Part shown: positions 58,170-64,000 of the stretch, one piece after another
Numbering within the stretch: position 1 is the first letter of the stretch
Layout of the letters: every line of letters starts with the position of its first letter
Assembly: GCA_964016885.1 (NCBI GenBank)
Contig: OZ024742.1
Coordinates: 279,372,001-279,436,000, forward strand
DNA length: 64,000 nt
Reading direction: 5' to 3'
From: Eledone cirrhosa
Lineage: Eukaryota
Notes under the pieces: generated by a model
What the model was told of the DNA's origin: nothing
The model's database searches: none
What the model saw: the letters and a program-made list of their open reading frames with translations, nothing else
Translations under genes and position numbers: made by a program

Positions 58170-59078
58170 CGATATTGTTATACTTTGGGAGGGTCATTTT
58201 GCCAATAAGTAACACACGCACCAGTTGCTTTCACTTCAATTTATTATAATAAATTTATAGATTTAGGAATTTATAAATTTCCGGTTTTTTGGTTGGTTCC
58301 ACAACCAGATGATTGTTTATATATTGTCAAAGTACTTTCGTCACACATTCTGTGACCTCTTCAGTGACTGGGGATTCTTTTCTTTGTTTTTGTGTTTGTG
58401 CCTCTCCTTTGTTCTGTCCTACGCCATCTTGCTTTTGTGTGTGTGTGGTGTGTGCTTAGTTTGCGCATGTGTTACATTCGGGTGTCTTTGTGTGTTTAAA
58501 TTCGTTTATTTATTTGTTTATTTACATGTTACTGGTTGGTTGTTTGTTCTATGTGCATGTGTGTTTTCATTTTGTCCATAATTGTAAGTTGTGATGTTAC
58601 TGTTCCATTCATGTTTTCTATTTAATTTTGGTTGGAGTTCATTTATGTTTATTGCCTCTGTGATTTGTCTAAACATTGCGTCTTTTCTGTGTGTAGATTC
58701 TATTTTTATTTCTATGTTCTCTAATTTACCCTTATCTTTTATTTTAGCATGTTGGTAGAGTACAGATGATTCTTACTATCTTGAAAGTCTCGCCAGTGTT
58801 CATTTATCCGTTCCCCTATACTACGAGCTGTCTCACCTATGTACACTCTATTTTTATCTCTGCATTGTTCTTCAGTACATCTTATGCTATATACTACATT
58901 TCTAGTTTTATAGTTAATATGGGGGCTTAATTTACAGATTATACATTTCTTATCTATGCAGGGAGTTCTTTGAAAAAGGTATGTATTGCTAATAAGTGTT
59001 TTTATGGAGGTACATGGTCTTTCTTATTATTGAGTTTATGTTTATCTAGGGCCCTTCTAAATTTGTAAGCTAATTCAC
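58170..59078 (-). mobile_element. Penelope-like element 3' fragment: Cys-rich linker, GIY-YIG endonuclease and HHR-bearing pLTR
   Basis: Manual minus-strand translation gives CIDKKCIIC..TRNVVYSIRCTEEQC..VYIGETARS..RINEHW..SSVLYQH..RQITEAININELQPKLNRKHEW, with small frameshifts. Confidence 0.88.
58326..58368 (-). ncRNA. Minimal type I hammerhead in a PLE pLTR
   Basis: Minus strand reads gtca-CTGAAGA-g-gtcac..gtgac-GAAA-gtac-TT-tgac, with palindrome AAGTACTT. Confidence 0.72.
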
Positions 59079-59287
59079 TTCTAGGGGCCAGCAATTTGTG
59101 GCAGGGGAAATTGATTAAAGGCCAGTAACTCTTTGCTGCAAAACATAGCGTCCGACCCTCTACCGATTCTGCCAATTTTTTAACGAGCACAACGTCAGAA
59201 AGCATGAACCATGTAAAATAACAGGACTCGGATGCCCTTCACAGGCCCTATGTACTGTTCCTTCGTCCAGATGTATCAAATATTGAA

Positions 59288-59447
59288 ATAATTGTTTCTA
59301 CTTTTGGCACAAGGCCAGCAATTACCAGTGCATTACTGGTACTTTATTTTATCGACCACGTAAGGATGAAAGGCAAAGTTAACCTTGGTGGGATTTGAAC
59401 TCAGAATGGCAAGGACCGTAACTCTATGGGTCAAAGCATGGCGTCCG
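59288..59447 (-). mobile_element. SINE family A; an internally deleted copy also lies at ~59080-59175
   Basis: Consensus match. Confidence 0.85.
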
Positions 59448-59612
59448 AGCAACATCGGTTGTGTCAACAGCAGCTGCATTTCTATAACCAGGCAATACGA
59501 TATAATATGAAAAACATAATGGAAATGGTTTTAGAAATGATAGTGTATGTATATAAACGTGAATGTATGTATGTATGTATACGTGTGTGTGAGCCTGTCA
59601 ATGATAAATATG

Positions 59613-59717
<105 letters not shown>

Positions 59718-59965
59718 ATATATGTAGGAGGTGAGTTTTATTGTAGTACAATAAAGCAATGCAGATATCGGATAAGAAGCACTCTACAGTATGTTGATTT
59801 AAAACTGCACTATCAACAAGTGATTTTTAACCTTCATATCATGTCTTCCTATTTTATCTGATGAACACACACATATTATTGCATGATGATATTTGTTCTT
59901 GAAATGCGCATAATAAAATGCATGGAACTCTTTTAACCATCTTTTGTTCTTATATATTACATATG

Positions 59966-59998
<33 letters not shown>

Positions 59999-60009
59999 GT
60001 ATATATATC

Positions 60010-60074
<65 letters not shown>

Positions 60075-60368
60075 AAAGTTATATTTAAATTGTTGGGTTA
60101 CAACGAGTAAATATTTATAACTGATATAAAATCACTCGAGTATTTGGAGTATATTTACGATATTAAATAAATGGAAATTATATTTATAAAACCATATTTA
60201 TTTCATTATATATATTTCAGGGATATCATATTAAAAATATGTTATGCCTTCTTCAGACAAAATACAATATAAACAGTCTTATAAATAGATATTTTCGACA
60301 TACCTTTCAACATCGACTTGCATTTGAAAAGTTGATTTGGTAGTAAAAATATTATGGACAGTTGTAAA

Positions 60369-60404
<36 letters not shown>

Positions 60405-60637
60405 AAAACGAAGAAAAAGAAGAAATGCATGCAACTAAATAGAGAGAGATAGAAAGATATATAGAGAAGAAATTCATGTAAAGAAACAGATAGAGATATA
60501 TAGAGAGAGGAAAAAAATAGAGGGAGATAGATAGAGAGAGAGAGAGAGAGAAAATATAGAGAGATAGATATAGATAGAGATAGAGAGAAAGAAACTAGGT
60601 AGTTGAGCACCAGTTGAATGACGTATCAATGATACAT

Positions 60638-60668
<31 letters not shown>

Positions 60669-61292
60669 GCTCTAGTATTAATGTAGAGAGAGATATATGT
60701 GGTTAGGAGAGTAAACAGCCGTTATATAGAGAGAAAAAAAGAAAAATAACCAGACATAAACGAGGCAGATTTAAAACACTATGTTTCATCAATGCAGAAA
60801 TATTAGTTCGTATAAAACAGGCATTATAATGTAAATATCAGTATTCATGAATGAGACACGTATCTATAATGTGTGAAAAATAATGATCATATGTCTAGTT
60901 TAAAAATCCATAGGTCCACATCAGAGCCGAGATAAAATAGAAGGTTATCCCATATTCAATACTATAAACATGTGAATTTACGTGATCAACTCTGCAAATT
61001 CCTATTTTACACGAAAACATTCTCATTGTGCTATAAAAGTTCTAGTATACATATATGTGTACACACATATATATATATAATCAAGGTTTAGCAAATAGAG
61101 GAGATTAATAATAAAGTATATATCCCTACACGCACAAAGCGCTTAGGGACACATGTATTGTCCAAACATATGCCAATGTGGTTCTATGGCAGGTTAATAG
61201 ATTAACGAGCCAGAACATATATAATCAAGGTTTAGCAAATAAGAACAACTTTCAAAATAAATTTCAAAAAATTGAGAGTAGTTACTATGGTT

Positions 61293-61379
61293 ACCTTTAC
61301 CGAAATGGTTTCGAGTTTCAAAAATAATTGGATAGTCCTTGCGGGCCTCCATTGAAAAGATAAACACTCGTCAGAAGGT
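61293..61379 (-). ncRNA. Type I hammerhead motif with long stem II
   Basis: Minus strand reads acctt-CTGACGA-gtgttt...cc-GCAA-gg...aaactc-GAAA-ccatttcgg-TA-aaggt. Confidence 0.75.
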
Positions 61380-61538
61380 TCTTTTCACTCGGAGAATATA
61401 AAATTCCCGAGTTCGAATTACCAACTGGCGCTATTCAAAATTGTTCCCGAGATGAGAATGAATGATGTTGAAGCAATTCTGTCCAGTGCCGTGTGCAAAG
61501 ATAGAAATGTATATGTATATATGTATATATGTATATAT

Positions 61539-61690
<152 letters not shown>

Positions 61691-61912
61691 AGATGTGTAT
61701 ATGTATATATGCATATGTATATATGTGTATGTATTTATCTATATGTGTATATATGTATATATATATGTATGTATATGTATATGTATATGTATATATAAGT
61801 ATGTATATGTATATATTATTATATGTATGTATATATGTATATAGATATACATGTATATGTACATATATATGTATATGTATATGTATGTTTCTATATATAC
61901 ATATATAAATAT

Positions 61913-61944
<32 letters not shown>

Positions 61945-61968
61945 GTATATGTATGTTTCTATATATAC

Positions 61969-62049
<81 letters not shown>

Positions 62050-62070
62050 AATATATATATATATTTATAC

Positions 62071-62112
<42 letters not shown>

Positions 62113-63045
62113 ATCAATGCGTAAACATTTGTATGGAGTAATGTGTCTAAGCGTCAATGTGTGTGTGTCTATGTAATAATGTATGTGATTGCACGTGCGC
62201 GTGGTGGTGGAGTTGATGATCGGTTTGTTGTTTGTACTTGTAATGAATGTGGTACGGGTGGAAGTATGGTGTGGTTATTGAATAGAAGTAGGAAGGTAGT
62301 GGAAGGGGAGGATTAATGTTTATTGAAACATCTTTCCAGATGGTTCCAGATGGATCCCCTCAGCTGCATGATTACTCTTCTCGTATAGTTTCATTAACAA
62401 ATATTATAGTGGCTCATTATTTTATTCATTTGTTTATCGGTTTTGTCAATACCTCGTATATATTGATTCATATTGATTCATAATTTAAGCCACCACGGTG
62501 CAGCATATATATGTATATACATAAATTATATTCGTTTTGTGATATTTTGCAATTTGGCAATAATAATACACTTACTGAATTCATCCGCCAAAATAAGGGT
62601 TGCCTCCCTTGTCGAGCCCCATGTGAGTATTGGTAACGGTCAATCCTTGGCCTGGCACTTGAACTAAAAGCCTGTTGAGAAAGTGACTTCCTTGTTCAAT
62701 CATCCTACCAAAAGCTTAACATTATTTGTCTAAGCGGACAAGTACTTGATTTCGGAGTCGCAGAAACCCAAATGCTGGATTTTCACACACCATCTAGGAG
62801 TCCGGGTACATTTTTCAATCATATTTTTTTATTTTGTTTGACCCGAATTGCTTCGTCGTTTCTATGGTTGTGCGGATGACGGTTTAGCCATCGTCTCAGT
62901 GTGTTTGGCCTTTAACGTATGTTATAGCTCTAGTTCGTTAGAATCTTTTGAGCGCTTGCCACACATATCGGAAGTTGTTTTTCGCTAATTTCCAATAGCC
63001 GAAATACGATTCTCGCTAATTTATATTTGTATATATACATATATG

Positions 63046-63096
<51 letters not shown>

Positions 63097-63104
63097 TATA
63101 TATA

Positions 63105-63919
63105 CTAGCAGTAAAGCCCGGCGTTGCTCGGGGTCGCTCAGTAGCTGTGTTAAAGTTACAATGTTAAGTTTCTTTTTTGGCTTAAAAACTGTAATGTCTA
63201 CTGTGCAGACTTGCATGTGGTGTTTTTGATTAATATTCCCTCAACCAACAATATGCCTTATGAAGTTAAGAAAACACAACGATAACCCGAATGTTATAAC
63301 AAAAGAGGATGCTGGGGATAAAAACTGCACTGGTTATTTATTAACAAAGATCGAAAATGTAAACACTGCAACGCAGAGAAAAACATTAGCGTAACCAAAT
63401 TATCAGTTATGTCTGTCTGCACGCCTATATCACCTCTCTGCACGACTGTCTGTCTGCACGCCTGAAATATTTGCTTGTTTTACGTAGTCTTTAAATAGAC
63501 TTGTTTTCAAGTAAAAATATTGTTTTAAAATGCTTTTAAATGGAAATGAAGCAAAACGGAAGCTTAGTGTTCGAACTGATGAATTTTGCAGGTCAATATT
63601 TTGCTGGCTCGACAACTGTTCGTGTATTGTGTTAATGTCATTTTAAACGCTGAGAAAGCCAGCGTAATTTTTTACGTAAGACGCTCAATGTAAACAGAAC
63701 AAAGGGAAATAACTGATAACTTACGCTCAAAAATCGATACATTATATTCGATTTCGTCACATGGGGTGGGTCAATTTGAAATATTTTTTTTCCGATGTCT
63801 TCGCTAGGGCTCAATGTACAAGTATAGCAATTTCGGTGCAATTCCGTCAGAGATTCTAAGAGGAGATGTGTGCCAAAAATCGATAGACAGACAGACAACC
63901 ACAGTTTTATATATATAGA
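63105..63919 (-). mobile_element. Non-autonomous Helitron
   Basis: The minus strand starts A|TCTATATATATAAAA and ends with hairpin CCCGAGCAACGCCGGG followed by ...CTAG|T. It is inserted between A and T with no TSD. Confidence 0.85.
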
Positions 63920-63920
63920 T

Positions 63921-64000
63921 TGTTATATTTGGGGAGGGTCATATTTGTGTAATAGTATTACCAAAATTAATAACAGAACACACTCACTGTTTGGTTGTTT
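63921..64000 (-). mobile_element. Terminus of another copy of the 58.2-kb PLE family, cut by the window edge
   Basis: tgttatatttgggagggtcat matches 58176-58197 and 13195-13218. Confidence 0.55.

Noticed and set aside
60296-60365. Possible minus-strand first coding exon ATGCAAGTCGATGTTGAAAG|GTATGT
   Set aside because: Only 6 codons plus a donor-like site, with no acceptor, homology or partner exon.
62560-63015. Possible PLE N-terminal remnant (DKGG) on the minus strand
   Set aside because: A single short motif; too decayed to support.

Overview
AT-rich animal genomic DNA that is saturated with (TA)n, (CA)n, (TACA)n, (GGT)n and (GAT)n microsatellites. The repeat landscape resembles a coleoid cephalopod (octopus-like); this is an inference, not a database match. 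No intact host protein-coding gene is supported, and most listed ORFs are microsatellite read-through. The window holds decayed non-LTR retrotransposons (two Tx1/L1-clade, two CR1-like, one RTE, several Penelope-like elements [PLEs] with RT or GIY-YIG remnants), about 20 tRNA-derived SINE copies and one non-autonomous Helitron. The main signal is a dense set of minimal type I hammerhead ribozyme (HHR) motifs, found by eye: about 12 with an intact core and several decayed ones, from at least 8 unrelated repeat families. Most sit next to (TA)n tracts. They include U3:A8 compensatory core variants and a ~591-bp circularly permuted, partial-tandem, retrozyme-like unit. Several elements form tail-out inverted duplications, and one of these is built from a tRNA-like head instead of an HHR. 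All ribozyme calls are secondary-structure readings and activity is untested.
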